Positions 63,001 to 64,000 of a DNA stretch of 64,000 bases are shown one piece after another. Under the pieces are notes generated by a model. It saw only the letters and a list, made by a program, of their open reading frames with translations, did not search any database and was not told the origin of the DNA. Numbering within the stretch: the stretch's first letter is position 1; each line of letters starts with the position of its first letter. The translations under genes were made by a program, and so were the position numbers. Source of the DNA: Eledone cirrhosa (Eukaryota). The stretch is from contig OZ024744.1 of NCBI GenBank assembly GCA_964016885.1, positions 14,322,001 through 14,386,000 on the forward strand, given 5' to 3'.

Positions 63001-64000
63001 AATAGTTTCCCTGTGATCCCACCAGGATAGAAGCCCCATACTAATCTATGTTATGACTTGATGTCAATAGTTTCCCTGTGATCCCACCAGGATTGAAGCC
63101 CCATACTATTCTATGTTATGACTTGATGTCAATAGTTTCCCTGTAATCCCACCAGGATAGAAGCCCCATACTAATCTATGTTGTGACTTGATGTCAATAG
63201 TTGCACTGTGATCCCACCAGGATAGATGCCCCATACTAATCTATGTTATGACTTGATGTCAATAATTTCCCTGTGATCCCACCAGGATAGAAGCCCCATA
63301 CTAATCTATGTTATGACTTGATGTCAATAGTTTCCCTGTGATCCCACCAGGATAGAAGCCCCATACTAATCTATGTTGTGACTTGATGTCAATAGTTTCC
63401 CTGTGATCCCACCAGGATAGAAGCCCCATACTAATCTATGTTGTGACTTGATGTCAATAGTTTCCCTGTGATCCCACCAGGATAGAAGCCCCATACTAAT
63501 CTATGTTGTGACTTGATGTCAATAGTTTCCCTGTGATCCCACCAGGATAGAAGCCCCATACTAATCTATGTTGTGACTTGATGTCAATAGTTGCACTGTG
63601 ATCCCACCAGGATAGAAGCCGCATACTAATCTCTGTATGTTGTGACTTGATGTCAATAGTTGCACTGTAAACCCACCAGGATAGAAGCCCCATACTAATC
63701 TATGTTGTGACTTGATGTCAATAGTTTCCCTGTGATCCTACCAGGATAGAAGCCCCATACTATTCTATGTTGTGACTTGATGTCAATAGTTTCCCTGTGA
63801 TCCTACCAGGATAGAAGCCCCATACTATTCTATGTTGTGACTTGATGTCAATAGTTGCACTGTGATCCCACCAGGATAGAAGCCCCATACTAATCTCTGT
63901 ATGTTGTGACTTGATGTCAATAGTTTCCCTGTGATCCCACCAGGATAGAAGCCCCATACTAATCTCTGTATGTTGTGACTTGATGTCAATAGTTTCCCTG
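33001..64000. repeat. 65/69-bp satellite DNA array (~470 monomers, continues past window end) with higher-order repeats
   Basis: Consensus atagtttccctgtgatcccaccaggatagaagccccatactaatctatgttgtgacttgatgtca. The 69-bp variants carry a 4-bp insertion. Rare variants recur at fixed spacings of 2180, 3161, 5590 and 7518 bp. Confidence 0.98.

Noticed and set aside
33040-63957. About 60 recurring short ORFs (MGLLSWWDH...)
   Set aside because: Artefacts of 65/69-bp monomers shifting frame. Useful only as HOR markers.
33001-64000. CRISPR-like regular periodicity (65-69 bp)
   Set aside because: There are no unique spacers, the whole unit repeats, no cas genes are present and the context is eukaryotic.

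Overview
Eukaryotic (animal) heterochromatin-like DNA with no recognisable intact host gene. The SINE families, the RTE LINE with a PHD finger, the TA/CA/TATG microsatellites and the TTAGGG repeats resemble a coleoid cephalopod (octopus-like) genome, which is an inference. The first ~33 kb is a nested transposon graveyard inside microsatellites. It contains two Penelope-like elements (one as a ~1.9 kb inverted repeat), a 5'-truncated R4/Dong-like RLE retrotransposon flanked on both sides by (TATG)n, an intact-ORF RTE LINE with a tandem copy of its 3' end, and two tRNA-SINE families. It also holds an RTE-5'UTR-like non-autonomous family, a 93/89-bp satellite derived from RTE coding sequence, ~950 bp of degenerate interstitial TTAGGG, a Gypsy gag remnant and a decayed Helitron/Pif1 helicase. 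From 33001 to the window end lies a homogeneous 65/69-bp satellite (~470 monomers) with multi-level higher-order repeats. Most ORFs in the track are artefacts of simple repeats or satellite.
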